From: Candidatus Latescibacterota bacterium
Lineage (GTDB): Bacteria; Latescibacterota; UBA2968; GCA-2709665
DNA: 64,000 nt
Direction of reading: 5' to 3'
Assembly: GCA_963667175.2 (NCBI GenBank)
Contig: CAXXXF010000013.1
Span: 96,001 to 160,000 of the forward strand
The position numbers and the translations under genes are program-made. The notes under the pieces are model-generated. The model ran no database searches. It saw nothing but the letters and a program-made list of their open reading frames with translations, and was not told the origin of the DNA. Shown in pieces: positions 1 to 10,904 of this stretch (positions are counted from its first letter, which is position 1; each line of letters begins with the position of its first letter).

Positions 1-1978
1 TCTGCCGGTAGATGCCGTTGTGGCCGGAAAGCAGATCCTTGATCTGAACCTGAAGGTCGTATTTCCCGGGCGGGACCCGGAGCTTGAGGAGTTCCGGCAT
101 AAACGCCTTCTGGGCGCCGCTGAAATCGCTCGCGACCCTGTACGCGCGACTGGACGACGTACGATGGATAACGCTGTAATCCGCCGGGGCCAGGGCAAGC
201 GCGCACTTGACCTGGATGTACGACACGTCGCGCCTCTGTCCGACCCTCACCTGTGCGGCCGGGATCCCGTAGTAGACTTCCAGCGTGGACCCGCCCTCCG
301 GCGCCCGGAAACTGGCGAGATCGAAGTAGAAGTCCAGCGGGGGATGGTGAAACCTGGGACGGTAGACGTCGGGCATGCGGGAGACCGCGTTGCGAAAAAC
401 CACGCGGGGCGCGTATTCCGTGAACCTGGCAATCCGGGAGACGTCCGTGTCCAGAGAAGGTGGCGGGATGGGCGCGAAGTCAAATGCCCCCGTTCCCCGT
501 TCGTCCGTAAACGTGATTTCCATGCCAATTCCGATACCCGTGTACGTCCAGGTTTCCCAGGGTACGGCGCCGACTTCGTTGTCCAGTGTGATCGGCGCGT
601 ACCCGCCGAAATTAAGCCGGGTATTCAGATTCCCGAACTCGTCGAAACGGCTGTCTTCCCTGATCATTGCCGTGGGGTCAACTTCGTTTTCCGCCTGCGC
701 GGACACCTGGGAGGCGTCGACGCCGACGTCGTCGTCAGCGGTCGTCGCGCCGGCTGCGTCCGCGATAACGTTCTCGTCGAAAAGCGTGGCCTCCAGGTGG
801 CTGCGATTCGCCCGAATCGGAAACACGGGGCCTGTAAACGTCAACAGCGCGGCCTCGTCGCCGTAGAGCGCCACAGCCATCCGGTCGCGGACGGCCTGGA
901 CCTTCGGATTCTGCACAAATTGCCTGCGGGTGGACCGGGAACGGTAATCGGGTTCTCCGTAGCGTATGTAGACCTCACCGCGTTTGTCCCAGGGGCTGGC
1001 GCCCTTCGAGAAGAAGGTCCGGGCGTGCCAGACGCGGCGATAGTGCTCGATGAGCCGTTCGTTGATCGCGGTCAGGATATCGGAATCTCTCTTCAGCCAG
1101 AACCTTTTCAGGAAGGCTTCCTTTTCCTCCCCTGCGGCGGTCCGGTACGCTTCGAGTTCTTCCGCGGAGGCGACCAGCGTGACGTCTGTATAGACACCGC
1201 GCTCCGTGGGGTCCAGCGTCTGCAGATACCGCTCGAAGTGCTCCAGCGCCCGTCCGAACCGTTCCAGGTAGAAGTGCGCCTGCGCGGCCAGGGGGAGCAG
1301 CCGGGTTTCCGACGGGTGCGTCTCGAGAAAGGGGGTAATGTACCGGTCGATTTTGTCGTACTGCCCGAGTTGGACCAGCGAGAGTCCGAATTCGTAGCGT
1401 CCTTCGGGGTTGTCGGGTTCCAGCTCGATGTACGTCGTATAGTAGCCCAGGGCCTTTTCGTGGTCTTCTTCGAATCTTCCGTACGCCTCCCCGAGGAGCC
1501 GGTACGCCGGTCCGTAGGCCGCGTTGATCTCAATGGCGGACCTGGCTTCGCCCACGGCCTGGCGAAAGTTGAAAAATGCCTCCAGACCTCTTCCCGAGTT
1601 TCGTAATCTGGCGAGTCCGAGCCCCACGCAGGCGCCCGGAAGGTCGGCGTCGAGTTTCTTCGCCGATTCGAAGGCAACGATGGCGGATTCGAAATCTCCC
1701 GCTTTGAGGAGGGCGTTCCCCTGGCGCGTCAGGAGGTCGGCGTCTTCCGGAAATGCCTCGACGAGCCGCCCGAGAATCCGGGCTGCTTCCGCGTGTGCCC
1801 CCGATTGCGCACGTTGTTCGGACGCGGAAACCAGGGAGTCCCTCGCGGCAGGTCGAATGGAAGGTTCAGACTGCTCACCCGCGGGTATTCCAGGCGCCGC
1901 CACAACAGCGAGAACCCACACCCAGACACAAAGGCGGGCCGGACGGCAGGGGCCGCAACGACAGGTTCGGTTCTTCAT
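1..1978 (-). CDS. GWxTD-domain protein with N-terminal TPR repeats (3' end runs off the window)
   Basis: Not in the ORF track because it has no stop in the window. Manual translation from ATG 1978 (GGAG RBS upstream) gives a signal-like N-terminus, TPR-like helices, then 'FLKRFWLKRD..INERLIEHYRRVWHARTFFSKGASPWDKRGEVYIRYGEPD' and 'WETWTY', typical of GWxTD proteins. Confidence 0.8.
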   Translation of the reverse strand, partial: MKNRTCRCGPCRPARLCVWVWVLAVVAAPGIPAGEQSEPSIRPAARDSLVSASEQRAQSGAHAEAARILGRLVEAFPEDADLLTRQGNALLKAGDFESAIVAFESAKKLDADLPGACVGLGLARLRNSGRGLEAFFNFRQAVGEARSAIEINAAYGPAYRLLGEAYGRFEEDHEKALGYYTTYIELEPDNPEGRYEFGLSLVQLGQYDKIDRYITPFLETHPSETRLLPLAAQAHFYLERFGRALEHFERYLQTLDPTERGVYTDVTLVASAEELEAYRTAAGEEKEAFLKRFWLKRDSDILTAINERLIEHYRRVWHARTFFSKGASPWDKRGEVYIRYGEPDYRSRSTRRQFVQNPKVQAVRDRMAVALYGDEAALLTFTGPVFPIRANRSHLEATLFDENVIADAAGATTADDDVGVDASQVSAQAENEVDPTAMIREDSRFDEFGNLNTRLNFGGYAPITLDNEVGAVPWETWTYTGIGIGMEITFTDERGTGAFDFAPIPPPSLDTDVSRIARFTEYAPRVVFRNAVSRMPDVYRPRFHHPPLDFYFDLASFRAPEGGSTLEVYYGIPAAQVRVGQRRDVSYIQVKCALALAPADYSVIHRTSSSRAYRVASDFSGAQKAFMPELLKLRVPPGKYDLQVQIKDLLSGHNGIYRQ

Positions 1979-2099
1979 AGCCTTACTCCAAGAGCCGGAT
2001 CGACAGGATGATGAGGTCTGTTTTTCTTAGCTAAACTTGGGCCGGGGACGGCGCATGTCAAGCGAAAAGCGTTCCCGCGTACTCCCCTTGCGAAAACCC

Positions 2100-2128
2100 T
2101 TGACCTGTGCCGCCGCGCAAGGTATTTA
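2100..2128 (+). promoter_or_regulatory. Putative sigma70 promoter
   Basis: TTGACC-N17-TATTTA upstream of the CDS at 2174. Confidence 0.4.
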
Positions 2129-2173
2129 GTGGCACTGAGGTCAATCAGACCACGCCCTGCGGAGGATCCCTGC

Positions 2174-3235
2174 ATGCGCATCGACGAACTGGACACGCCC
2201 TTCCTGGCCGTCAATCTGGACGCGCTGGAAGAAAACCTCGAGCGATACCACGGATATTTCAAGAAAAACGGCATCGGCTTTCGTCCCCACGTCAAGACCC
2301 ACAAGACCCTGGCCGTCGCCCATATGCAGATGAAATACGGCGCGATCGGCCTCACGTGCCAGAAGCTCGGGGAAGCCGAAGTCCTGGCGGCGGGCGGCAT
2401 CCAGACGGACCTGCTCATTCCCTACAACGTCATGGGCGCACAGAAACTCGACCGGCTGACGGCCCTGGCGAAACGACTGCCGGTCACCCTCGCGCCCGAC
2501 TCCGAATTCACCGTCATGGGCCTTTCCCGCGCCGCCGCTTCCGAAGGCGTTTCCATCGGCATCCTCATCGAAGTGGAAATGGGATTTGAGCGCACGGGCG
2601 TTCCCACGCCCCGGGAGGCCACGGAACTGGCCAAACTCGTCCACGATCTTCCCGGACTGGAACTCAGGGGATTCATGGGGTTTCCCACGCCCCCCGATTC
2701 CAGACCGCTCATCCAGGAAACCATCGATCGGTTCGACAAAGCCGGACTGCCTCGCGACGTGGTCAGCGGCGGCGGCACCCCGCACGCCATGGAAGCGCAC
2801 GAAATCCCCGAACTCACGGAATACCGCGCAGGGGAATATCCGGTCGGCGGGGCGATGCACTTTGCAGAAGGGCGGCACACCCTGGATCAGTGCGCGCTGC
2901 GGGTGATCACCACCGTGGTGAGCAGGCCCACGGGAGACCGGATGTTCCTGGACGCGGGGAGCAAAGCGCTGAGCGCCTCCATCTACAAGACCGACCGGGG
3001 AGACTGCATGGGGCATATCGTCGAATACCCCGACGCCCTGATCGGAATCGCTTCCGAAGAGCACGGCCACGTGGATATTTCCCGATGCCCGGTCAAGCCG
3101 GAAATCGGCGAACGCGTGCAGGTGCTTCCCGTTCACCCCTGTCCCTGCGTCAACGAACACGACGAAATGGTCGCCACCCGGAACGGAACGGTCGAAGCCA
3201 TCTGGCCGGTGCACGCCCGCGGCCGAATTCGGTGA
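2174..3235 (+). CDS. PLP-dependent alanine-racemase-fold enzyme (DSD1 / D-threonine aldolase family)
   Basis: 'LDTPFL', 'FRPHVKTHK' (PLP lysine), 'SGGGTP', 'LDAGSKAL', 'SEEHG', 'PVHPCPCVN'; GGAGG RBS before ATG 2174. Confidence 0.85.
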   Translation: MRIDELDTPFLAVNLDALEENLERYHGYFKKNGIGFRPHVKTHKTLAVAHMQMKYGAIGLTCQKLGEAEVLAAGGIQTDLLIPYNVMGAQKLDRLTALAKRLPVTLAPDSEFTVMGLSRAAASEGVSIGILIEVEMGFERTGVPTPREATELAKLVHDLPGLELRGFMGFPTPPDSRPLIQETIDRFDKAGLPRDVVSGGGTPHAMEAHEIPELTEYRAGEYPVGGAMHFAEGRHTLDQCALRVITTVVSRPTGDRMFLDAGSKALSASIYKTDRGDCMGHIVEYPDALIGIASEEHGHVDISRCPVKPEIGERVQVLPVHPCPCVNEHDEMVATRNGTVEAIWPVHARGRIR

Positions 3236-3337
3236 ATTGAAGATTCTCCTCGGAGACGCAGTGGAACGCGGACCGGATCCCCTCGACGCGGATTGCCTCG
3301 AATGCGGCAGGCGGACCATGCCTTGATTTCGGGTGAC

Positions 3338-3358
3338 TGATCTCATATATTGATATCA
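3338..3358 (+). promoter_or_regulatory. Putative toxin-antitoxin operator (two near-palindromic octamers)
   Basis: TGATCTCA-tatat-TGATATCA in an AT-rich patch upstream of the RHH antitoxin; resembles FitA/VapB-type operators. Confidence 0.45.
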
Positions 3359-3402
3359 TTTCGCCATCATATGTTGACTTCAGTCGTAGAAGGGAGCGCG
3401 CT

Positions 3403-3675
3403 TTGGCGAAGGTTCCGAAGAGCATGACCCTGCGCGGGCTGGATCCCCGGCTTGCCGCCAGGCTTAGGGAGGTGGCACGGCGGGAAGGCAAGAGCATGAA
3501 CCAGACGGTGCTGGACGCGTTGCGCAATCAGCTCGGACTGGACAAATCCCGTCGGTTTACCGAGGTCCATCACGACCTGGATCACCTCTTCGGACGCTGG
3601 GACGAGGATGAGTTCACCCGGATTCAGCAGAAGCTCGATTCCGAGCGGCGCGTTGATTCGGAACTGTGGCGGTGA
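3403..3675 (+). CDS. Ribbon-helix-helix antitoxin (FitA/VapB-like)
   Basis: 'MTLRGLDPRLAARLREVARREGKSMNQTVLDAL' RHH pattern; acidic tail; overlaps the toxin start (GTGA). Start could be ATG 3424. Confidence 0.8.
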   Translation: MAKVPKSMTLRGLDPRLAARLREVARREGKSMNQTVLDALRNQLGLDKSRRFTEVHHDLDHLFGRWDEDEFTRIQQKLDSERRVDSELWR

Positions 3676-4064
3676 ACGAATACCTGATCGATACCCATAT
3701 CTACTCGCACGCCATGCGCGCAGACCCGGCGGTCGTGTCTCTGCTTCAGCGAGCTTCGAGAATCGCGATGAGTTCGATCAGTATCGGGGAACTGCTGTCG
3801 GGGTTCAAGGGCGGCGCCCGGGAGCGCGAAAACCGCGATGAACTGGCCGAATTTCTCGATACGCCGCGCGTGTCGATATGCCGCGTCAGCGAGGATACGG
3901 CTGAGTTCTACGCCGAGATTCTCAACCAGCTGAGGAGCGCCGGAACCCCGATCCCGACGAACGACATCTGGATCTCGGCGCAGGCCATGGAGCACGGTTT
4001 GCGACTGGTCTCAATGGATCGGCATTTTGCATCCGTGTCGGGACTGCTTTTGTTTTCACCTTAG
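3672..4064 (+). CDS. vapC: PIN-domain toxin VapC
   Basis: 'YLIDTHIYS', 'SIGEL', 'GTPIPTNDIWISAQA', 'LVSMDRHF'. Confidence 0.9.
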   Translation: MNEYLIDTHIYSHAMRADPAVVSLLQRASRIAMSSISIGELLSGFKGGARERENRDELAEFLDTPRVSICRVSEDTAEFYAEILNQLRSAGTPIPTNDIWISAQAMEHGLRLVSMDRHFASVSGLLLFSP

Positions 4065-4087
4065 CAGCCCGTTGAAAAAGTCCATCC
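4065..4087. repeat. Solo end of MITE family A
   Basis: TTAG|CAGCCCGTTGAAAAAGTCCATCC nearly identical to the left end of the 8532-8691 element; begins right after the vapC TAG stop. Confidence 0.65.
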
Positions 4088-4088
4088 G

Positions 4089-5186
4089 ATGTCATCCACC
4101 GGTTTCGAACGCATCCGATTCGCCCGCCTCAACGCCGAAATCATCGAGATCAATCCAACCGAGGCGGCGCTCTACGGGCATTACGGCATCGCGCCGGTTC
4201 TGGTGGACGCGTACGAGCCGGACGACATTATTGCGCGCGTGGCGGACTGCGACGCCATGGCCGTCGTCTCGGCCTCGCTTCCTGAGGTGGTCATCAAGAG
4301 CCTCGGCAGATGCGCGATCATCTCCCGGCTGGGCAATGGAACGGACAAGATCGACGTCGAGACCGCCACCGCCGAGGGCATCGTGGTCTCCAACGTCCCC
4401 TCCTTCTGCAACGAAGAGATGGCCGACCACGTGATGGCCTGCCTGCTCAGCCTCGCCCGGCAGATCCCGAAAATGTCGCGGCACTTTTACGCGGGCGCGT
4501 ATCAGCGGGCACGAGACGAAGGCCTGCGGCTTCATCGCGTATCGGGCATGGTCCTGGGGCTGATCGGTTTCGGCGCCTCCGCCAAAGCGGTTGTGGAGCG
4601 CGCGCGTCCCTTCGGCCTCGAAATCCAGGCCACGCGGAAGAACATGCGCGCGCCGAGGGACGAGGCAGATGCCCTGGGCGTACGTATGGTGGATCTGGAC
4701 GTGCTGCTGAAGACCTCGGATTTCGTGTCTCTGCACCTGCCGCTCGCGCCCGACACCTATCGCCTGCTGGACGCATCCAGGTTGAGAAAAACGAAACCGG
4801 GCGCCTTCTTCATCAACACCTGCCGCGGCGCCATCACGGACGAGGGCGCGCTCGCCGACCTGCTTCGGAGCGGCCATCTGGCCGGCGCCGCTCTGGACAC
4901 CTTCGACGATATCGAGATCTTCGGAGAGAACGAGTCTCCGCCGGTCCACGCGCTGACAAGGCTCGACAACGTCATGCTCACCCCGCACATCTCCGGTCTC
5001 TCCGTCCAGGCCACCCGGGAAGTGGCAATCACCGGCGTGGAGAACCTCGTCTCGGTGCTCAGCGGCCGCTGGCCCCATCCCGACAACGTCGTCAACACCG
5101 GTGTGCGCCCGCGGGTCCCGCTGGTGGAACACGATCCCTCGCTGTTCGATCATCGAAAGGACAAGGCGTTGCGCGACCGGAATTGA
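4089..5186 (+). CDS. D-isomer-specific 2-hydroxyacid dehydrogenase (CtBP/SerA-like)
   Basis: 'GNGTDKIDV', 'VSNVP', 'LGLIGFGASA', 'SDFVSLHLP', 'INTCRG', 'LTPHISG'. Confidence 0.9.
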   Translation: MSSTGFERIRFARLNAEIIEINPTEAALYGHYGIAPVLVDAYEPDDIIARVADCDAMAVVSASLPEVVIKSLGRCAIISRLGNGTDKIDVETATAEGIVVSNVPSFCNEEMADHVMACLLSLARQIPKMSRHFYAGAYQRARDEGLRLHRVSGMVLGLIGFGASAKAVVERARPFGLEIQATRKNMRAPRDEADALGVRMVDLDVLLKTSDFVSLHLPLAPDTYRLLDASRLRKTKPGAFFINTCRGAITDEGALADLLRSGHLAGAALDTFDDIEIFGENESPPVHALTRLDNVMLTPHISGLSVQATREVAITGVENLVSVLSGRWPHPDNVVNTGVRPRVPLVEHDPSLFDHRKDKALRDRN

Positions 5187-5288
5187 CCGGTCCGGAATCC
5201 GGACCTCAATACCCGCCGCAAGGGAATATCCGGCGCCGCATTGTTCATCGTCGCTGCGTCAGACGAAAAACTTCAGGAGATCGATAGC

Positions 5289-5654
5289 ATGACTGAAAAC
5301 GCGAGTCCCGAACCCTTCTATTCCATGGCCCGGCGCGCCGGCGATATGCTCTTCCTCTCAGGTTTCGGCCCGGTCGAAGGCGGTGAGGTCGTCGGCGGCA
5401 ATATCGAGGAACAGACCGTCTTTACCATGGACAACATGGCGCGCGTGCTGGAAAGCGAAGACGCATCCTTCGACGACGTCGTCCGCGTCAACGTCTTCCT
5501 CCTGGACATGGCGGACCGCGACGAATTCAACCGCACGTATATGCGGTATTTCAACAACAAGGACCGGATGCCCACCCGGCGTCTGGTCGGCGCGGGCGAC
5601 ATGTATAAGGGCATCCTCGTGGAAATCGACGCCGTCGCGTACCTCGGTAAATAG
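5289..5654 (+). CDS. RidA / YjgF family protein
   Basis: 'YSMARRAGDMLFLSG', 'DVVRVNVFL', 'PTRR', 'LVEIDAVAY'; AGGAG RBS. Confidence 0.85.
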   Translation: MTENASPEPFYSMARRAGDMLFLSGFGPVEGGEVVGGNIEEQTVFTMDNMARVLESEDASFDDVVRVNVFLLDMADRDEFNRTYMRYFNNKDRMPTRRLVGAGDMYKGILVEIDAVAYLGK

Positions 5655-5713
5655 CGAGTCCCCGGACAATCCTGAACCGCAGGCGCTTCCAGACGCAAGA
5701 CCGGAGATCCACC

Positions 5714-6526
5714 ATGTCGCATCCCATCTTCGACCTCACCGACCGCGTCGCCCTCGTAACGGGCGCGGCCGCCGGCATGGGCAAGGCGATGGCGATCGGA
5801 TTCGCGGAATCCGGCGCGGATCTCATGCTGGCCGACGTCAACGAACCCGGGGCGCAGGAAACCGCCCACGAGATCGAATCGCTGGGCCGGCGCGTCATTC
5901 CCGTGCGGTGCGACGTTTCCGACGTCGACCAGGTCCGCGGCATGTTCTCCCGGCTGGACACCGAATTCGGCCGCATCCACGTCCTGGGCAACGTCGCCGG
6001 CGCCACCATGCTGGGCAAACCGGAGGACCTCACCCTGGATCAGCTTCAGGAGAGCATGCAGTCTCTCGTCATCGCGCGTTTCTGCAGTTGTCAGGAGGGG
6101 GGCAGACGGATGCTCGCCGCCGGCAAGGGCAGCATTATCAACATCGGCTCTCTGGCGAGCCTGACCGCGATCGGGCGGGGACACGTCGCCTACAGCATCG
6201 GAATGGGCGCCGTCGCGCAGATGACCCGGGAACTCAGCACGGAATGGAGCAGCCGCGGCGTGCGCGTGAACGCCATATTGCCCGCCCAGGTCATGAACCC
6301 GTTCCTGGAAAAACGCCTGCGCGCCGAACCCCGGATGGCCGATACGTGGCTGGGCGGGATTCCGTCCGGCCGGTTCGGCGAGCCGGAGGATATCGTGGGC
6401 GTTTCCATCTTCCTGGCATCCGACGCGTCGGCGTGGGTCACCGGCGTGATGTTGCCCATGGACGGCGGAAACCTCGCGATGAACGCGGGAGGAACCTATC
6501 CCGGCGGCCCGATCGTCAGCGGATAG
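5714..6526 (+). CDS. SDR family oxidoreductase
   Basis: 'VALVTGAAAGMG', 'CDVSD', 'GSIINIGS', 'VRVNAILP', 'DGG'. The catalytic YxxxK appears as YSIGM (atypical). Confidence 0.88.
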   Translation: MSHPIFDLTDRVALVTGAAAGMGKAMAIGFAESGADLMLADVNEPGAQETAHEIESLGRRVIPVRCDVSDVDQVRGMFSRLDTEFGRIHVLGNVAGATMLGKPEDLTLDQLQESMQSLVIARFCSCQEGGRRMLAAGKGSIINIGSLASLTAIGRGHVAYSIGMGAVAQMTRELSTEWSSRGVRVNAILPAQVMNPFLEKRLRAEPRMADTWLGGIPSGRFGEPEDIVGVSIFLASDASAWVTGVMLPMDGGNLAMNAGGTYPGGPIVSG

Positions 6527-6571
6527 AGGAGTTCCATCCCCGTCACCCCATCTACAAGGCAGGGGACCTTC

Positions 6572-7561
6572 ATGCCAGGCGACCTCAGTACCGAGCAACT
6601 CCTTTCTCTTCACCGGCAGATGCTCACGATCCGGCGCACCGAGGAGCAGATTGCCAGGTCGTACCAGGCCGGATTCATCCCGGGCGCCTGCCACACGTAC
6701 GTGGGCCAGGAGGCCATCGCGGCGGGCGTGTGCGCCCACCTGCGCACTGAGGACACGATCTTCAGCACCCATCGGGGCCACGGCCACGCGCTCGCCAAGG
6801 GTGTTCCCATACGCGAACTTATCGCCGAACTCTACGGCAAGTCCACGGGATGCGCCCGCGGGCGGGGCGGCAGCATGCACCTGTTCTCGCCGGAAATCGG
6901 GCTGATGGGTACCAGCGGCATCGTGGGCCCCAGCATCCTTCAGGCCGCCGGGGCAGCGTATACGTTCAAGATGCTCGAAACCGATCGCGTCAGCGCGGCC
7001 TTCTTCGGCGACGGCGGCGTCAACAACGGCGCCTTTCACGAAGGCCTGAACATGGCCGCCATCTGGCAGTTGCCCGTCATCTTCGTCCTGGAAGACAACC
7101 GGTACGCCACTGAAGTCGCCTTCGAGTACGCCACCCGCAATACGAACATCGCCGAGCGCGCGGACAGCTACGGCGTCGCCGGCGTTCAGGTTGACGGAAA
7201 CGACGTCCTCGACGTCTCTGAAAAAGCCGGCGACGCCGTCCTTCGCGCACGGGAAGGCGGCGGCCCTACGCTGCTGGACTGCAAGACCTATCGCACCCGA
7301 CCCCACGCGGAGGGGATGCGGGATACCGGTTACCGCACGCGGGACGAAGTGGACGCCTGGAGAGAGAGAGACCCGATCGCGTTGCTGGAAGGAAAACTGA
7401 TGGAGGAAGAAATCGCCGACCGGGATGCGCTCGAAGGGATCGAAAGCGAGGTCCGATCGGCCGTCGAAGAGGGCGTCGCGTTCGCCGGGAAGAGCCCGTG
7501 GCCGGACCCCGCCACGGTAACGGACCACGTCTTCGGTGGAACGGGAGCGAACCATGCGTGA
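6572..7561 (+). CDS. TPP-dependent 2-oxoacid/acetoin dehydrogenase E1 alpha
   Basis: 'HTYVGQEA', 'STHRGHGH', 'GRGGSMH', 'FFGDGG..NG.FHEGLN', 'TYR..PH'. Confidence 0.92.
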   Translation: MPGDLSTEQLLSLHRQMLTIRRTEEQIARSYQAGFIPGACHTYVGQEAIAAGVCAHLRTEDTIFSTHRGHGHALAKGVPIRELIAELYGKSTGCARGRGGSMHLFSPEIGLMGTSGIVGPSILQAAGAAYTFKMLETDRVSAAFFGDGGVNNGAFHEGLNMAAIWQLPVIFVLEDNRYATEVAFEYATRNTNIAERADSYGVAGVQVDGNDVLDVSEKAGDAVLRAREGGGPTLLDCKTYRTRPHAEGMRDTGYRTRDEVDAWRERDPIALLEGKLMEEEIADRDALEGIESEVRSAVEEGVAFAGKSPWPDPATVTDHVFGGTGANHA

Positions 7562-8531
7562 GATCACGTTCACCGAAGCCGCGCGCGAAGCCCTGTCCGA
7601 TGCCATGGCTGCGGACCCGACCATCTTCGTCGTGGGCGAAGGCGTGGGCGAACGCGGCGGCAACTTCAACACCACCACCGGACTTTACGAACGCTACGGA
7701 CCCATGCGAGTGTGCGATACCCCGATTTGCGAGCGGGGCTTTATCGGGCTCTGCACGGGCGCAGCCATGGCCGGCGCGCGGCCCGTGGTGGATTTCATGT
7801 TCATCGACTTCATTCTGGACGGCTTCGGCGAGATGGTCAACCAGGTTGCCAAGATGCAGTACATGAGCAGCGGCCGACTGTCCATGCCCGTTGTCCTGCG
7901 GGGTTGCGTGGGGATCGGAGGCGCCGCCGCCACCCACCACTCGGGAAATTACTATCCCGTTTTCGCGCACCTGCCGGGCTTCCGCGTGGCCCTGCCCGCC
8001 ACGCCGTACGACGCCAGGGGCCTGTTCAAGACCGCCCTGGAAGGCGATGATCCCGTTCTCTTCCTCGAGCACAAGTCCATCCTCAACCATCGGGGTCCGG
8101 TGCCCGAAACGCCGTACGCCATTCCCTTCGGACGGGCCGAGGTGCGGCGCGAGGGCAGGGACCTCACCGTTATCGCGCTCGCCAACATGGTTCCGGTGAC
8201 GCGGGAGCTCTGCGACCCGCTCGCCGCCGAGGGCATCTCGATTGAATTGATCGACCCGCGCACCGTGGCGCCGCTGGATATGGATACCATCCTGGAATCC
8301 GTACACAAGACGGGTCGTCTGCTCATCGTGGACGAAGCCTTCGGCCCATGCGGCATCGGCGCCGAAATCGCCGCTCAGGTTCAAAGCCTGGCGTTCGACG
8401 ATCTGGACGCGCCGGTAAGCCGCCTCAACGGCGCGCACGTTCCCACGCCGTACAGCGCCCCGCTCGAGGCTGCCTGCCTGCCGCAGCCGGATACCATTTC
8501 CCAGGCCATCCGCGACCTGATGGAAGAATAG
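7554..8531 (+). CDS. 2-oxoacid/acetoin dehydrogenase E1 beta
   Basis: 'DTPICE', 'RPVVDFM', 'HHS', 'DDPVLFLEHK', 'IDPRTVAPLD'. Confidence 0.92.
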   Translation: MREITFTEAAREALSDAMAADPTIFVVGEGVGERGGNFNTTTGLYERYGPMRVCDTPICERGFIGLCTGAAMAGARPVVDFMFIDFILDGFGEMVNQVAKMQYMSSGRLSMPVVLRGCVGIGGAAATHHSGNYYPVFAHLPGFRVALPATPYDARGLFKTALEGDDPVLFLEHKSILNHRGPVPETPYAIPFGRAEVRREGRDLTVIALANMVPVTRELCDPLAAEGISIELIDPRTVAPLDMDTILESVHKTGRLLIVDEAFGPCGIGAEIAAQVQSLAFDDLDAPVSRLNGAHVPTPYSAPLEAACLPQPDTISQAIRDLMEE

Positions 8532-8691
8532 CAGCCCGTTGATAGAGTCCATCCGGGCTGCGTCCGGCCCTTGCGGTCGAAAACCTGCGTTGCGCTCCCT
8601 CGCCGAATCGCAGGATGGGACTCGGTCGCGCGCCTTGTCTTCGGCCACAATGGCTCGGCCTCGCCTGCAGAGCGACTCTATCAACGGACTG
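8532..8691. mobile_element. MITE family A (160 bp, non-autonomous IS derivative)
   Basis: TIRs CAGCCCGTTGATAGAGTC / GACTCTATCAACGGACTG (17/18 match) flanked by an ATAG direct repeat (8528-8531 and 8692-8695); no transposase. Confidence 0.8.
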
Positions 8692-8723
8692 ATAGTCGCG
8701 GGCACTTCACGAGGATGACCTCC

Positions 8724-9884
8724 ATGCCCACAGAAATCGTCATGCCCCGCCTGGGATGGACCATGGAGGAAGGCGTTCTGGTCGAATGGCTCAAGCAGAG
8801 CGGGGATCAGGTCGAGGCCGGAGACGTCATCTTCACCGTTGAAAGCGACAAGGCGATAAACGAAATCGAGTCCTTCGACAGCGGGACCCTGTATATACCG
8901 CCCGATGCGCCTCAACCCGGAGACACGTTGCCGATCGGCGCGGTGCTGGGCTTCCTGCTGGGGCCGGGCGAACAACCTCCCGCCGCGACGCCCGCCCCGC
9001 CGGCGGCTGAGAAGGAAACGGAACCAGAGCCGCAACGGGCGACTTCTTCCAGACCGCGCACAGATCGACCGCAGGGAAGAAAGAGCCGGTCCGCGATCAG
9101 TCCGAGGGCGCTTCGCCTGGCAGAGGAACTGGGTGTCGACTGGAACACGCTCCAGGGCAGCGGTCGAAGCGGCCGTATCGTCGAGCGCGACGTCCGGGCC
9201 GCGGTCCCTGCGCCGTCCGGAATAGGTACCGAAGGCGCCGTGCGACGGACCATCGCGCGGCGGCTGACCGAGAGTCACACCGGAACGGCGCCCGTGACGC
9301 TTTCCACCGAAGCCGATGCGACGGACTTCGTTTCATTGCGCGCGGAACTCGACGTCCCCCTGCTGACGTACAACGATCTCTTCGTAAAAGTGACCGCCCT
9401 CGCGCTCGCCGACCATCCCGACCTGAACGCCTCCTGGCAGGACGGGTCCGTCTGCAGGCATGAGGAGATACACATCGGCATTGCCGTGGATACACACGCC
9501 GGCCTACTGGTTCCCGTCATCACGCACGCCGGCGCCAGAGACCTGCCCGATCTCGCCCGCGAGACCTCGGACCTCGTTCAGAAAGCCAGGCAGGGTGACC
9601 TGGGCCCGGAACATCTGCAGGGCGGTACGTTCACGGTTACGAACCTGGGCGCGTACGGAATCGACGTCTTTACGCCCATCATCAACCTGCCGCAGTGCGC
9701 CATTCTGGGGGTGGGCCGGATTGCCGCGAAACCGGCCGTGTACCAGGGCCGGGTCGTGCCCCGGGACATGGTCGCCCTGAGCCTCACCTTCGACCACCGC
9801 GTCGTGGACGGAGGTCCGGCCGCCCGGTTCCTGGACACGGTCCGACGCCACGTCGAACGCCCCGAACTCTGGCATGCTCGCTGA
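8724..9884 (+). CDS. Dihydrolipoamide acyltransferase E2
   Basis: Lipoyl motif 'VESDKA', E3-binding 'ISPRALRLAEE..GSGRSGRI', catalytic 'LTFDHRVVDG'. Confidence 0.92.
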   Translation: MPTEIVMPRLGWTMEEGVLVEWLKQSGDQVEAGDVIFTVESDKAINEIESFDSGTLYIPPDAPQPGDTLPIGAVLGFLLGPGEQPPAATPAPPAAEKETEPEPQRATSSRPRTDRPQGRKSRSAISPRALRLAEELGVDWNTLQGSGRSGRIVERDVRAAVPAPSGIGTEGAVRRTIARRLTESHTGTAPVTLSTEADATDFVSLRAELDVPLLTYNDLFVKVTALALADHPDLNASWQDGSVCRHEEIHIGIAVDTHAGLLVPVITHAGARDLPDLARETSDLVQKARQGDLGPEHLQGGTFTVTNLGAYGIDVFTPIINLPQCAILGVGRIAAKPAVYQGRVVPRDMVALSLTFDHRVVDGGPAARFLDTVRRHVERPELWHAR

Positions 9885-10091
9885 AGGCGATCAGAGGCGT
9901 TCCCGCGGGCCTGACCGGTTCGGCGAGATCGCGCCGGCCGGCAGTGCGAAAGGCTTCCACCGCAGGGGCTGTACGCTTCGCAACCGGTACGTATTACGGG
10001 GAGCACCCTATTGTTTACATCCTCCCACTCTTCTTTGGTTGGATCCGGATGTCGACTATTTGCTGCTCCTGAAACTAAATGGAAGCTGACA

Positions 10092-10852
<761 letters not shown>

Positions 10853-10904
10853 ACTGCTCTTCCTGACCACTGACCACTGTCCACTATTTACTGCTCCTGG
10901 TAAT

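Noticed and set aside
20-1606. 528-aa plus-strand ORF
   Set aside because: Antisense shadow of the minus-strand GWxTD/TPR gene; no recognisable motifs.
5318-9278. Long minus-strand ORFs (786 aa and 670 aa)
   Set aside because: Antisense to RidA/SDR/E1/E2; an expected artefact of high-GC codon bias.
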